DNA of 64,000 nucleotides from Candidatus Dormiibacterota bacterium. Its GTDB lineage: Bacteria > Chloroflexota > Dormibacteria > Aeolococcales > Bog-877. The translations under genes were made by a program, and so were the position numbers. Of this stretch, positions 46,280 to 55,369 are shown in pieces. The first letter of the stretch is position 1; every line of letters begins with the position of its first letter. The notes beneath the pieces are model-generated. The model saw only the letters and a list, made by a program, of their open reading frames with translations, was not told where the DNA came from and did not search any database. The stretch covers positions 5,218-69,217 of the forward strand of contig DATLRN010000003.1 in the NCBI GenBank assembly GCA_035534695.1, given 5' to 3'.

Positions 46280-47140
46280 CTAGGGCTGGATGGTGGGGAT
46301 GCTGGTGTAGATCCCCAGCCACTTCTTCTGCAAGCGAGTCAAGGTGCCGTTGTTCTTGAGCTGGGTGATCGCCCGATTGACACAGCTGACCAGTGGATTC
46401 CCCTTGTGAAACAGCAAGCCATAGGCCTGATCGTTGCTGGGAAACTGCCCCACCACCACGCCATGCTTGACTTCTCCGGATGAGGCCATGTACTGCGCCG
46501 TGGGGGCATCGGTGACAAAGCCCTGGATGGTGCGGTCAGACAGCGCCGAGACAGCATCGTTGGGGTTGTTGTAGACAGCGGGCGTCTGGGTCGGCTGAAT
46601 CTGCTGCTCGATGTAGGCCAGGCTGGTGGTGCCGACCTGATCGCCGTATTTGTAGGTCTTCAGCTGGCTTGGGGAATGGGCAGTTACCAATGGTGAGCCC
46701 TTATAGGTGATGAGCGCCTGGCGGTCGTTGTAGTAGCCCTCACTGAAGGTGACCGCCTTGGCCCGGGCTGCGGTGATGGTTATCTCGTTGATGTCAAAGT
46801 CGAAAGTCTTCGGTCCGGGCGCGTAGGAGCTGTCGAAGGACTCGATCGTCCAGTGCACCTGACTTTGCTTGAATCCAAGGGCCTTCGCCACGGCATAAGC
46901 GACAGCGCCCTCGTAGCCCTTGCCGTTCCTGGGTTGGTTCTTCTCGAACCAAGGGGTGTAGGCGGGAGCATCGGTGGCCACGGTGAGCTGGCCAGCACGG
47001 TAGAGGTGAAGTTGGCTCGGAGCACAGCCCGAAATGGCCTTGGCAAGTACGGTGGTGCTCTGGATGCTCACCGAGGCAGTGGCGGCGGCTGCCGCCACCA
47101 GGACTGCGGCGACACTGCTGGCGAGCAACTCTCTCTTCAT
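46280..47140 (-). CDS. Amino acid ABC transporter substrate-binding protein
   Basis: Start MKRELLASS.. with a signal peptide. GGGAGGG lies upstream of ATG 47140. Type-3 SBP layout (..FDFDINEITIT..). Confidence 0.85.
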   Translation of the reverse strand: MKRELLASSVAAVLVAAAAATASVSIQSTTVLAKAISGCAPSQLHLYRAGQLTVATDAPAYTPWFEKNQPRNGKGYEGAVAYAVAKALGFKQSQVHWTIESFDSSYAPGPKTFDFDINEITITAARAKAVTFSEGYYNDRQALITYKGSPLVTAHSPSQLKTYKYGDQVGTTSLAYIEQQIQPTQTPAVYNNPNDAVSALSDRTIQGFVTDAPTAQYMASSGEVKHGVVVGQFPSNDQAYGLLFHKGNPLVSCVNRAITQLKNNGTLTRLQKKWLGIYTSIPTIQP

Positions 47141-47310
47141 GACGTCATCCCTCCCGGCCCGTTGGCTCAGATGCCTCGTGTAGGACGCCGGGCCAGCGCC
47201 CGTCTCCCTTTGACAAGGTCGCACGCGGTTTGGACGCGAACCTCCCCCCCTTCGGCCCAAGCATATCTAGCGTTCGTCCGGTGCAGTCACGGCGGACATG
47301 CTGCCGGTCC

Positions 47311-47757
47311 CTAAATCGACAGTGGTCGGATTGGGGAGAGAAGGAGATGGGGGTCATTGCGCCAATCGGCGTCGGCGACGTCAGAGTAGAGCTCGATCTC
47401 GTTGCCGTCGGGGTCCTTGATGTAGAGGCTGTGGGTGACGGTGTGGTCCGCGGTTCCCACCAGCGCCACGCCCTGCTTCTGAATGTGCTCCAGGACCTGC
47501 TTCAGTTCCTCATCGGAGTCGGCCACCTTGAGGCCGAAGTGGTAGAGACCGACGTGGCGGCCCTGGGGCAGTTCCTGCGCCTGCTCTCCCACCTCGATCA
47601 ATAGCAACTCATGATGGGTGCGGCCACTGGAGAAGGCCGCGACGGGGAGACCTTCGGGCGAGATCCGCTTCCAGCCCAGAACATCCCCGTAAAAGTGGGC
47701 GGAACGCTTGACGTCATGAACGTAGAGGACCAAGTGGCCCAACTCTTTGATTTCCAT
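47311..47757 (-). CDS. VOC (glyoxalase/bleomycin resistance/dioxygenase) family protein
   Basis: MEIKELGHLVLYVHDVKRSAHFYGDVLG.. and ..HSLYIKDPDGNEIEL... ATG 47757 has GGAGAGGA upstream. Confidence 0.85.
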   Translation of the reverse strand: MEIKELGHLVLYVHDVKRSAHFYGDVLGWKRISPEGLPVAAFSSGRTHHELLLIEVGEQAQELPQGRHVGLYHFGLKVADSDEELKQVLEHIQKQGVALVGTADHTVTHSLYIKDPDGNEIELYSDVADADWRNDPHLLLSPIRPLSI

Positions 47758-47822
47758 CCGTCTGTCCTCTCCACTCTTGCTCTGCGTCAACTGGGTCAGG
47801 CCCCGGCGCGACCACTCCCATG

Positions 47823-48053
47823 CTACGGTCGATCGGCGCGGAGGCCAAGGTAACGGCGCAGGGCGATACCGGCCCAAACCACTTCCACCACACCAAACGG
47901 CCAGGCGCCTGCCAGGAACCCGTAGGCACTGGAGAGAAGGCAGCCTCCGGCAAAGGCCAGGACGAAGGCGTGGTGTCTCCGTTCCAGCGCGTACATGACC
48001 ACCATGAAGGTCACGGCCGCGGCTCCGAAGGCGGTGAGTAGCACCGTGGTCAT
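47823..48053 (-). CDS. Small hydrophobic membrane protein (2-3 TM), function unknown
   Basis: MTTVLLTAFGAAAVTFMVVMY...AFAGGCLLSSAYGFLAGAWPFGVVEVVWAGIAL. An alternative start at 48080 is possible. Confidence 0.5.
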   Translation of the reverse strand: MTTVLLTAFGAAAVTFMVVMYALERRHHAFVLAFAGGCLLSSAYGFLAGAWPFGVVEVVWAGIALRRYLGLRADRP

Positions 48054-48093
48054 TGTGGTGGACCTTGGGCAGGGGTTCATCTGACACCATAGA

Positions 48094-49089
48094 TTGGACG
48101 GCCATGACCGACCTCATCGGGGAGCAGTTTTAGTGGACAACCCAACCGGGCTGGAGCGCCGCCTACTCGGCCTGGGCGGCCCCTCGGTATCGGCGGTCGG
48201 TCTGGGAACTAACAGCTTCGGTAGCCGGATGCCAAACGAGGCGGTCGCCGAGGTTGTCCACACGGCGCTCGACCACGGCGTCAACCTCTTCGACACCGCC
48301 GACATCTACGGTCGGGGCGAGAGTGAGCGGCTCCTCGGACAGGCCCTCCGGGAGCGTCGAGACGAGGCCCTGATTGCCACCAAGTTCGGCATGCCGCGGG
48401 CGGGGGAGGATCCCGATCAGCACCGGGGATCGCCAGCCTACATCCGTGCCTCCGCCGACGCCAGCCTGGCCCGGTTGGGGGTCGAGGTGATCGACATCTA
48501 TCAGATGCACCAACCAGATCCGGCGACTCCCATCGCTGAGTCCTTGGGGGCACTGCATGAATTGGTGGGGGCGGGCAAGGTGCGCTGGATCGGCTGTTCC
48601 AACTTTCCCGCCTGGCAGGTGGTCGAAGCCAAGTGGACTGCTCAGGCTCTGGGCCTCACAACCTTCGTCTTCGCCCAGGACGAGTACAGCCTGCTCGAAC
48701 GCGATGCCGAGCGCGAGCTGCTACCCGCCCTGGAGCATGTGGGAATGGGGCTCCTACCCTACTTTCCCCTGGCTCGCGGTCTGCTCACCGGGAAGTACAA
48801 GCGTGGCGAGCCAGCCCCGCCCGGAACAAGGGCGAGCCAGAACTCCGCGATGCTGGAAGATCAGACCACTTTCAACACTCTCGAGGTGCTCGAGGCGTTT
48901 GCGCAACGGCGCGGCCTCACGCTCCTCCAGGTCGCTTTTGGGGCACTCCTAGGACGGCCAGCGGTCGCCTCGGTCATTGCCGGCGCGACCCGGCCCGAGC
49001 AGGTGGTTGCCAACGTCAAGGCGGCCGAGTGGACCGCTACCGATGAGGACTGGAACGAACTAGACCGGATAACCGCCCCCGAGCCCTAG
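48094..49089 (+). CDS. Aldo/keto reductase
   Basis: ..LGLGTNSFG.., FDTADIYG.GESE..LG, IATKFG, CSNF. The start is uncertain (TTG 48094 or GTG 48133). Confidence 0.9.
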   Translation: MDGHDRPHRGAVLVDNPTGLERRLLGLGGPSVSAVGLGTNSFGSRMPNEAVAEVVHTALDHGVNLFDTADIYGRGESERLLGQALRERRDEALIATKFGMPRAGEDPDQHRGSPAYIRASADASLARLGVEVIDIYQMHQPDPATPIAESLGALHELVGAGKVRWIGCSNFPAWQVVEAKWTAQALGLTTFVFAQDEYSLLERDAERELLPALEHVGMGLLPYFPLARGLLTGKYKRGEPAPPGTRASQNSAMLEDQTTFNTLEVLEAFAQRRGLTLLQVAFGALLGRPAVASVIAGATRPEQVVANVKAAEWTATDEDWNELDRITAPEP

Positions 49090-49157
49090 CACGGATCGGC
49101 GGCCCGGTGATGAGGGACGGCCGCCGCAACCCAGACTCGGCTGACCAACCAAGTTAA

Positions 49158-50000
49158 GTGGAGGGATCCAAAATCCGCGTCTACATCTCCTGCGACATGG
49201 AGGGGGTGGCAGGCATCGTTGACTGGAGCCAGGTTGCTGCCACCGGGGAGCCGGGGCTGGGCCAGCGCCTACTTCTGGGAGAGGTCAACGCTGCCATCGA
49301 CGGCGCCCTGGATGCTGGCGCCGAGAGTTTCCTTGTCAACGACGCCCACGGGGCCATGCGCAATCTGCCCCCCGACGAAATCCATGGCGAGGCCGAGTAC
49401 TGCTCCGGCCAGCACAAGCCCCTCTACATGATGGAAGGGCTCGACCGCGGCTTTGACGCCTGCTTCTTCATCGGCTATCACGGGGCCGTGGACGGGGCCG
49501 CGTCAGTGCTCTCCCACACCTACAATCCGGCCGCCGTCGTCGGGGCCTCTCTGAATGGACGGTTGGTGGGGGAGAGTGGAATCAATGCGCTGGTCGCCAG
49601 CCACTTTCAGGTTCCCGTTGCCCTGGTCTCCGGCGACCAGCACACCGCTGCCCAGGCCGCACCAGTCCTGCCCGGAGCGGAGATGGTGGTAGTCAAACAG
49701 TCGGTGACCCGGCTGGCTGCCCGAAGCCTCCATCCCGCGATCGCTCGGCAGCGGATACACGACGGGGCGGCCAACAGCCTGCGGCGCCTGGCCGAGATCT
49801 TTCCTCCCCGGTTCTCCGAGCCCATCCAGCTCGTCGTCCGGCTGCGCAATGCCGACCTGGCTGAGGTTGCTCTCCAGATTCGGGGGACCGAGGCGCTCTC
49901 TGAATTCGAGGTGGCTGTGGGGGGTGAAGACCACCTGACGGTCTACCGTAGATTCGTCGGTCTCCTCCAGATCACCAGAGGGCTGGCCCAGGAGCGGTAG
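49158..50000 (+). CDS. M55 family metallopeptidase (DppA-like D-aminopeptidase)
   Basis: IRVYISCDMEGVAGIV.. and ..VNDAHGAMRN.. are characteristic of DppA/M55. Confidence 0.85.
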   Translation: MEGSKIRVYISCDMEGVAGIVDWSQVAATGEPGLGQRLLLGEVNAAIDGALDAGAESFLVNDAHGAMRNLPPDEIHGEAEYCSGQHKPLYMMEGLDRGFDACFFIGYHGAVDGAASVLSHTYNPAAVVGASLNGRLVGESGINALVASHFQVPVALVSGDQHTAAQAAPVLPGAEMVVVKQSVTRLAARSLHPAIARQRIHDGAANSLRRLAEIFPPRFSEPIQLVVRLRNADLAEVALQIRGTEALSEFEVAVGGEDHLTVYRRFVGLLQITRGLAQER

Positions 50001-50047
50001 GGGACCTGGGCGCGGATGGGCTGACTCCGGGAGGGCCCCGGGCCCGG

Positions 50048-51712
50048 GTGCCAGGGCCGGACGGCGGCCGCTCCAGGGGCGATACTGGGGCCATGGTGCC
50101 GGCAGATTTTGGCTCCGAGACCTTCCTCCTCGGGGTGCCATCTGACGAGGCCGAGGAACCCTCGCTCGGCCCGGGCTGGACTGATGCAGGAGCGTCGGAG
50201 CCCGAGGAGGAGGCGGTGCTGGCGCTGCTGCTCCGGCCCCGCCCGGACACGGTGACGCCGGCTGTGGACGACCTGGGAGGCCTGAGCCCGCGCCTTCGAG
50301 CGCATCTTTCTCGAGAGCAACTGGGCGATGTGCGCGGCGCCCATCCCGACGACGTCCGCTATCTCGTCGAGTGGCTGACTGCTGCCGGAGTCGAGGTGAT
50401 TGCCCTTGCCCCGGAGCGCCGGACCGTCGAGATCAAGGGAAGTCTGGGCCGGCTTAGCGGCCTCTTCGGAGTCGAGTTCCGCCGCGCCCAGGGTGAGGCT
50501 GGTGAGTACCGGATTGCCCAAGGCAGGATTGCGATTCCCGAGGAATTCGCCCCGCTTGTGATAGCCGTTTTGGGGCTGGACACCAGACCCCTGGCCCAGC
50601 CCCACTTCCGTCCCCTGCCCCTACCCCAACCGGTTGAATCCCTGGCCGCAGCGGCTCCGCTGAGCTACCCCCCCACACAGGTTGCGGAACTCTACGGATT
50701 CCCCGCCGGAACCAGCGGTTCCGGCGAGTGCATCGGGTTGATCGAACTGGGGGGCGGGTTCCGGAGCCCTGATGTGAGCACCTATTTCGCCGGGCTCGGT
50801 CTACCCGCTCCCGACTTGATCGCAGTACCAGTCGCAGGCGGTAGCAACACTGCCACCGGTGATCCTGGCGGACCGGACGGTGAGGTGATGTTGGACATCG
50901 AGTTGTCCGGCTCGATGGCCCCCGGGGTACGCCTGGCCGTTTACTTCGCTCCCAACACTGACCAGGGCTTCCTGGCGGCGATCAATGCCGCGCTCCATGA
51001 CGAGGCCAATCGCCCGTCCGTCCTATCGATCAGTTGGGGAGGCCCGGAATCCGCCTGGACCAAGGCCACCATGACCGCATTTGACCAAGCTTTCCAGGAC
51101 GCGGCGCTACTCGGAGTCAGCGTCTGTGTGGCGGCCGGCGATAGTGGCTCCGGTGACGGCGTGGGCGATGGCCAAGCGCACGTGGACTTTCCCGCCTCCA
51201 GTCCCCACGTGCTCGCCTGCGGCGGGACTCGGACGACCTCCCAGGACGGTACCATCCAGACCGAGGTGGCCTGGAACGATGGCTCAGGGGGTGGTGCGAC
51301 AGGAGGCGGAGTGAGCGCCATCTACGCTTCGCCGAGCTGGCAGGCCAAGGCCCATGTACCCCCTTCAACCGACGCTGGCCACAAGAAGGGCCGAGGTGTT
51401 CCCGACGTCGCCGGCAACGCCGACCCCGAGACTGGCTACCAGGTCTTGGTGGACGGTCAGAAGTCCGTCTTGGGGGGGACCAGCGCAGTTGCTCCCCTGT
51501 GGGCGGCACTCCTGGTCCGGTGTGCTCAGGCCCTCGGCCACAACCCGGGGTTTCTCAACCCGATCCTCTACCAAACGCTGGCGGCCGAGGGGGTCACCCG
51601 CGACGTAACCAAGGGCAACAACGGGGCCTACAAGGCTGGTCCCGGTTGGGACCCCTGCACCGGTTGGGGCAGTCCCCAGGGCACTAGGCTGCTCACCGGG
51701 TTGCGAGGCTGA
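50048..51712 (+). CDS. S53 (sedolisin/kumamolisin-like) serine peptidase with N-terminal pro-domain
   Basis: The pro-kumamolisin-like segment (..DVRYLVEWLTAAGVEV..) is followed by the catalytic domain with EVMLDIE and GGTSAVAPLWAAL. The start is uncertain (50048 or ATG 50093). No obvious signal peptide. Confidence 0.85.
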   Translation: MPGPDGGRSRGDTGAMVPADFGSETFLLGVPSDEAEEPSLGPGWTDAGASEPEEEAVLALLLRPRPDTVTPAVDDLGGLSPRLRAHLSREQLGDVRGAHPDDVRYLVEWLTAAGVEVIALAPERRTVEIKGSLGRLSGLFGVEFRRAQGEAGEYRIAQGRIAIPEEFAPLVIAVLGLDTRPLAQPHFRPLPLPQPVESLAAAAPLSYPPTQVAELYGFPAGTSGSGECIGLIELGGGFRSPDVSTYFAGLGLPAPDLIAVPVAGGSNTATGDPGGPDGEVMLDIELSGSMAPGVRLAVYFAPNTDQGFLAAINAALHDEANRPSVLSISWGGPESAWTKATMTAFDQAFQDAALLGVSVCVAAGDSGSGDGVGDGQAHVDFPASSPHVLACGGTRTTSQDGTIQTEVAWNDGSGGGATGGGVSAIYASPSWQAKAHVPPSTDAGHKKGRGVPDVAGNADPETGYQVLVDGQKSVLGGTSAVAPLWAALLVRCAQALGHNPGFLNPILYQTLAAEGVTRDVTKGNNGAYKAGPGWDPCTGWGSPQGTRLLTGLRG

Positions 51713-51719
51713 GGAGACG

Positions 51720-52094
51720 GTGAAGGTCCTGGGGGTCAACTGGATTGGAGTCAAGACCAAGGACTTCGACCTGACCCAAAGCTTCTTTGCCGGAGTGATG
51801 GGAATGCCGGTGACCTTTGAACGCCCCGACTTCGCTGTTCTGACGCTTCCCAGCGGGGACAAGGTCGAGGTTTTCGGGCCATCAGGACCCGACCTCGACT
51901 CCCAGTTCGCAGCGAATACGGTCGTGGCCGGCTTTCTGGTCGACGATACAGAGGCCGCAAGGGCCGAGCTGGCGGCAGCAGGGGCTGAGCTCCTCGGCGA
52001 GATTGAAGGGCGCCCTGGCGGCAACCGCTGGCAGCACTTCCGCACGCCGGACGGGAAGGTGTTTCCGATCTGCTCCGACCCCCGGCTCCCTTAG
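51720..52094 (+). CDS. VOC family protein
   Basis: 124 aa. ..NWIGVKTKDFDLTQSFFAGVMG.. and ..FRTPDGKVF... GAGGAG lies before GTG 51720. Confidence 0.8.
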   Translation: MKVLGVNWIGVKTKDFDLTQSFFAGVMGMPVTFERPDFAVLTLPSGDKVEVFGPSGPDLDSQFAANTVVAGFLVDDTEAARAELAAAGAELLGEIEGRPGGNRWQHFRTPDGKVFPICSDPRLP

Positions 52095-52184
52095 CTACTG
52101 CTCCGCCGGTGGTGGCTCGAGGGGGGCTGCCAGGACCACGAGCGGTATCAAAGTTGCGGTGCTGCCGGCGGGTCGGCTTCGTCG

Positions 52185-53231
52185 GTGTGGCAAGCTCTCC
52201 GGGTGACTCAGTCGGAGACTTCGGCCGCCGTCCAGGTCGCCGGGGCCGACGACCAGGCCGTCGTCGCCCAGGATCTCAAGAAGAACTACAAGGAGATCGA
52301 GGCCGTTCGTGGCGTCAGCTTTGATGTCGCGACCGGTGAGATCTTTGGCTTCCTGGGACCGAACGGGGCTGGCAAGTCCACCACCATCTCCATGCTCTGC
52401 ACTCTGGTCAACCCGACTGCGGGAAGTGCCCGGGTGGCGGGCTTCGACGTGGTTGCCGATCAGGCCCGGGTGCGGCAGCGCATTGGGCTGGTGTTCCAGG
52501 ACACCACTCTGGATGATTACCTGACCGCCTCCGAGAACCTCCGCTTCCATGCCGAGCTCTACGGCGTGCCGCGAGATCTGGTGCCCACGCGGATGCACCA
52601 GGTGCTCGAGATGGTCGATCTCTGGGAGCGGCGTGACGGCCTAGTACAGACGTTCTCGGGGGGTATGAAACGGCGCCTCGAGATCGCCCGAGGCTTGCTG
52701 CATTCTCCAGCGGTGTTGTTCCTCGACGAGCCGACGGTTGGCCTCGATCCGCAAACGCGGTCGCACATTTGGAGATACATCCAGGAGCTGCGGCGCCGGG
52801 AAAAGATCACCATATTCTTGACGACTCACTACATGGACGAGGCCGAGTATTGCGACCGTCTCGCCATCATGGACAAGGGCGTCCTGGTGGCCATCGACAC
52901 ACCCGAAGCACTCAAGGGCAGCATCGGCGAGGACCGAGTCGAGCTGCACACCAGTGACGATCAGCAGGCGATACAGCGGCTCGAACAACACTTCCAGCTC
53001 AAGGCCCAGGTCAGCGAGGGCGCGGTTGCCTTCCATGTGCCTGGTGGAGAGCAGTTCGTTCCCCGCCTATTCGCCGAACTGGGCGTTCCCATCAGCTCCA
53101 TCCGGGTGTCGCGCCCGACCCTCGACGATGTCTTCATGACCTACACCGGCCGTACCATCCGGGATGCCGAGGCTACTTCCGGCGACCGTCTGCGGGCCAC
53201 ACCCTGGATGCGCGGCCGGGGGAGGAGGTAG
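52185..53231 (+). CDS. ABC transporter ATP-binding protein (DrrA-like, second copy)
   Basis: GPNGAGKST, FSGGMKRRLEIA, LFLDEPTVGLD. Paralogous to 8135..9103. The start is uncertain. Confidence 0.9.
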   Translation: MWQALRVTQSETSAAVQVAGADDQAVVAQDLKKNYKEIEAVRGVSFDVATGEIFGFLGPNGAGKSTTISMLCTLVNPTAGSARVAGFDVVADQARVRQRIGLVFQDTTLDDYLTASENLRFHAELYGVPRDLVPTRMHQVLEMVDLWERRDGLVQTFSGGMKRRLEIARGLLHSPAVLFLDEPTVGLDPQTRSHIWRYIQELRRREKITIFLTTHYMDEAEYCDRLAIMDKGVLVAIDTPEALKGSIGEDRVELHTSDDQQAIQRLEQHFQLKAQVSEGAVAFHVPGGEQFVPRLFAELGVPISSIRVSRPTLDDVFMTYTGRTIRDAEATSGDRLRATPWMRGRGRR

Positions 53232-54089
53232 GTGGCCGCTGCGGTTGACGTCCCGGTGGTCCGGGTGGCCGGCGGTCGGACGGGCGACGACCTAAGGGCA
53301 CTCTGGGTGGTTTGGAAGCGCGAGCTCATTCGCTTCCGCCGCAACCGCATGCGGATCATCACCTCGCTGGCTCAGCCGGTGCTCTTCTTGTTCATTCTGG
53401 GCACTGGCCTGTCGACGGTGATCTCGACTGCGGACCACTTCAACTTCCGGACTTTCATGTTCCCCGGTGTGCTCGCCATGACGGTTCTCTTCACCTCCAT
53501 CTTTTCGGCGATCTCCATCGTTTGGGATCGCGAGTTTGGTTTCCTTCGGGAGATGTTGGTAGCGCCCGTCCACCGCTGGACGCTGGTCTTGGGAAAGTGC
53601 TTGGGGGGTGCCACGGTGGCCACCATTCAAGGGGCGATCATGCTCGCTCTGGCCGGATTGGTCGGAGTCCCCTACAACCCGGTCATGCTGCTGGTGCTGC
53701 TCCTGGAGATGATGCTCACCGCCTTCGCCTTGACCGCGTTCGGAGTGATGCTGGCGGCCCGAATTTCCGACGTACAGTCCTTCCAGGTGGTGACTCAGCT
53801 CTTCGTGCTGCCCATGTTCTTCCTCTCGGGGGCGGTATTCCCCGTGACCAAATTGCCAGTATGGCTGGGCGTTCTGAGTAAGCTCGACCCACTTTCCTAC
53901 GCTGTCGACCCGCTCCGCAAGGAGGTCTTCAGCTACCTTTCGATTCCGCCTGTGATCCGCCACACCTTTGACCCCGGTGTCAGCTGGGGGGCCTCGCAGC
54001 TGCCAGTATTTTTCGAGGTCGGTTTGGAGGCGATCGCGGCTGTGGTGATGCTGGGGATCGCGATCCGACAGTTCTCGCGCCCGTCCTAG
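53232..54089 (+). CDS. ABC-2 type transporter permease (second copy)
   Basis: GTG directly follows the ATPase stop. About 6 hydrophobic segments. Confidence 0.85.
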   Translation: MAAAVDVPVVRVAGGRTGDDLRALWVVWKRELIRFRRNRMRIITSLAQPVLFLFILGTGLSTVISTADHFNFRTFMFPGVLAMTVLFTSIFSAISIVWDREFGFLREMLVAPVHRWTLVLGKCLGGATVATIQGAIMLALAGLVGVPYNPVMLLVLLLEMMLTAFALTAFGVMLAARISDVQSFQVVTQLFVLPMFFLSGAVFPVTKLPVWLGVLSKLDPLSYAVDPLRKEVFSYLSIPPVIRHTFDPGVSWGASQLPVFFEVGLEAIAAVVMLGIAIRQFSRPS

Positions 54090-54190
54090 TGGTGTGTCGC
54101 TTAAGTCGTCATCGGTCGGAGTTTGGTTGGGGATGGTGGCTGCGGCTGGGGCTTTGGAGAGCCAGGTGCAGGACGGATTCCAGTTACTAC

Positions 54191-54408
54191 TTCGGGACGA
54201 GTCAGTGGCCGACCGACGTGGCGGTCCCCCAGGCCTGGCTCGAGTTCGACGTCGAGGACATTGAGGCTGCCACGCGCGAGCTTGAGGAGCGCGGCTTTCG
54301 CTTGCTCGTACAAAATCGGACCGGGGTGACGCGCCTCCTCAGTCCGGAGGGCCTGCTGGTGGCGTCACCGTCACGCCCGGGATGCGTGGCGAGAAGCCGC
54401 AACGCTGA
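54191..54408 (+). pseudogene. Remnant of a VOC-family gene (C-terminal half, internally deleted and frameshifted)
   Basis: ..FGTSQWPTDVAVPQAWLEFDVEDIEAATRELEERGFRLLVQNRT-GVTRLLSPEGLLV resembles the C-terminal half of small VOC proteins. The expected ending (GVTVTPGMRGEK..stop at 54406-54408) is readable only after a 1-nt frame change at about 54359-54362. No credible N-terminal half is present. Confidence 0.35.
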
Positions 54409-54509
54409 TCGGTTCACCCTGAGGCGACCTGGGTTCATAGAGACTCGCGTTACTGAGTCCCAGCCAACGCGACCGGACACGACTGATACGAGATGGCGGG
54501 ACGGCGCAT

Positions 54510-54829
54510 TCACGCGACCCCCTGCACGCTGGCGGAACCGGAGTCAGGAATTTGTTGGGCCGCACGCATGGTGTGCTGACCGCTGGCGGTGATCGCCCTG
54601 ATGGCCTCGGGACCGCCGCCGATCCACCTCGCGATGTAGCCCAAGTTGTACGGCGTCCTCGGCAAGTCGCCCGCGGCCAAGCCATCCTCGACCGGATCAC
54701 CAAATTCGCCACACGCCACTTGCTGCTCTCTCGCAACCAGAGCGCGACGTGAGCCGACTCGTACGAGGCCCGAACAAACTCAGCGCTCACCGCTTCTGAA
54801 GCGTTACGGCCGGTGCCGGTAAACCACAC
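54510..54829 (-). pseudogene. Frame-disrupted ORF of unknown family downstream of marR
   Basis: GTG 54829 opens ..WFTGTGRNASEAVSAEFVRASYESAHVAL.., then turns to Arg/Pro junk. Protein-like text (..VACGEFGDPVEDGLAAGDLPRTPYNLGYIARWIGGGPEAIRAITASG..) continues in another frame (track ORF 54510..54719). Confidence 0.25.
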
Positions 54830-54850
54830 CGGCGCGCGCCCCTGCGGCTA

Positions 54851-55369
54851 CTACTTGGGCTCGGTCACCTCGCGTGGGAGCTCAAGTCGTAAGGCCAATT
54901 GACTGAGGGCTTGGGCTAAGCGCTCCTGATCCCGGGGCGGCCAGTCGCGCAGCAACTCCTCCAGCATGGTCCGTCGGGACAAGTGCAGACGCTTACGCAA
55001 GCGCTGTCCGGCGGCTGTGATACGCAGCAACGCCGCTCGCCCGTCGCGCGGATCGGGTTCGCGAGCCACCAGCCCGGCGCCTTCCAGCCGCTGCAACTTG
55101 GGCGTGATGGTGGAGTTGTCAACGCCGTAGTAGGCCGCGAGCTGAGAGGGATGCACCGGCCCACAGCTGGCGATGCGCTGGAGCATGGTCACCGCCCCCA
55201 AGGGCAGGTCACAGCGAGCTCGTCGCATCGTCTCGACCTGAACCTCGCGACTGGTGGACCAGCGGACGATCACCGTGACCGCACGCTCCAGCTCGGCGAC
55301 CGGACCTTCGTCAGGAGTCGTCCGCGGTTGCTGCGGAGCAAGCTGATCGACAGTCGTTGTCCCACTCAC
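54851..55369 (-). CDS. MarR family transcriptional regulator
   Basis: ..LQRIASCGPVHPSQLAAYYGVDNSTITPKLQRLEGAGLVAREPDPRDGRAALLRITAAG.. winged helix. GTG 55369 overlaps the MFS stop (GTGA). Confidence 0.9.
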   Translation of the reverse strand: MSGTTTVDQLAPQQPRTTPDEGPVAELERAVTVIVRWSTSREVQVETMRRARCDLPLGAVTMLQRIASCGPVHPSQLAAYYGVDNSTITPKLQRLEGAGLVAREPDPRDGRAALLRITAAGQRLRKRLHLSRRTMLEELLRDWPPRDQERLAQALSQLALRLELPREVTEPK

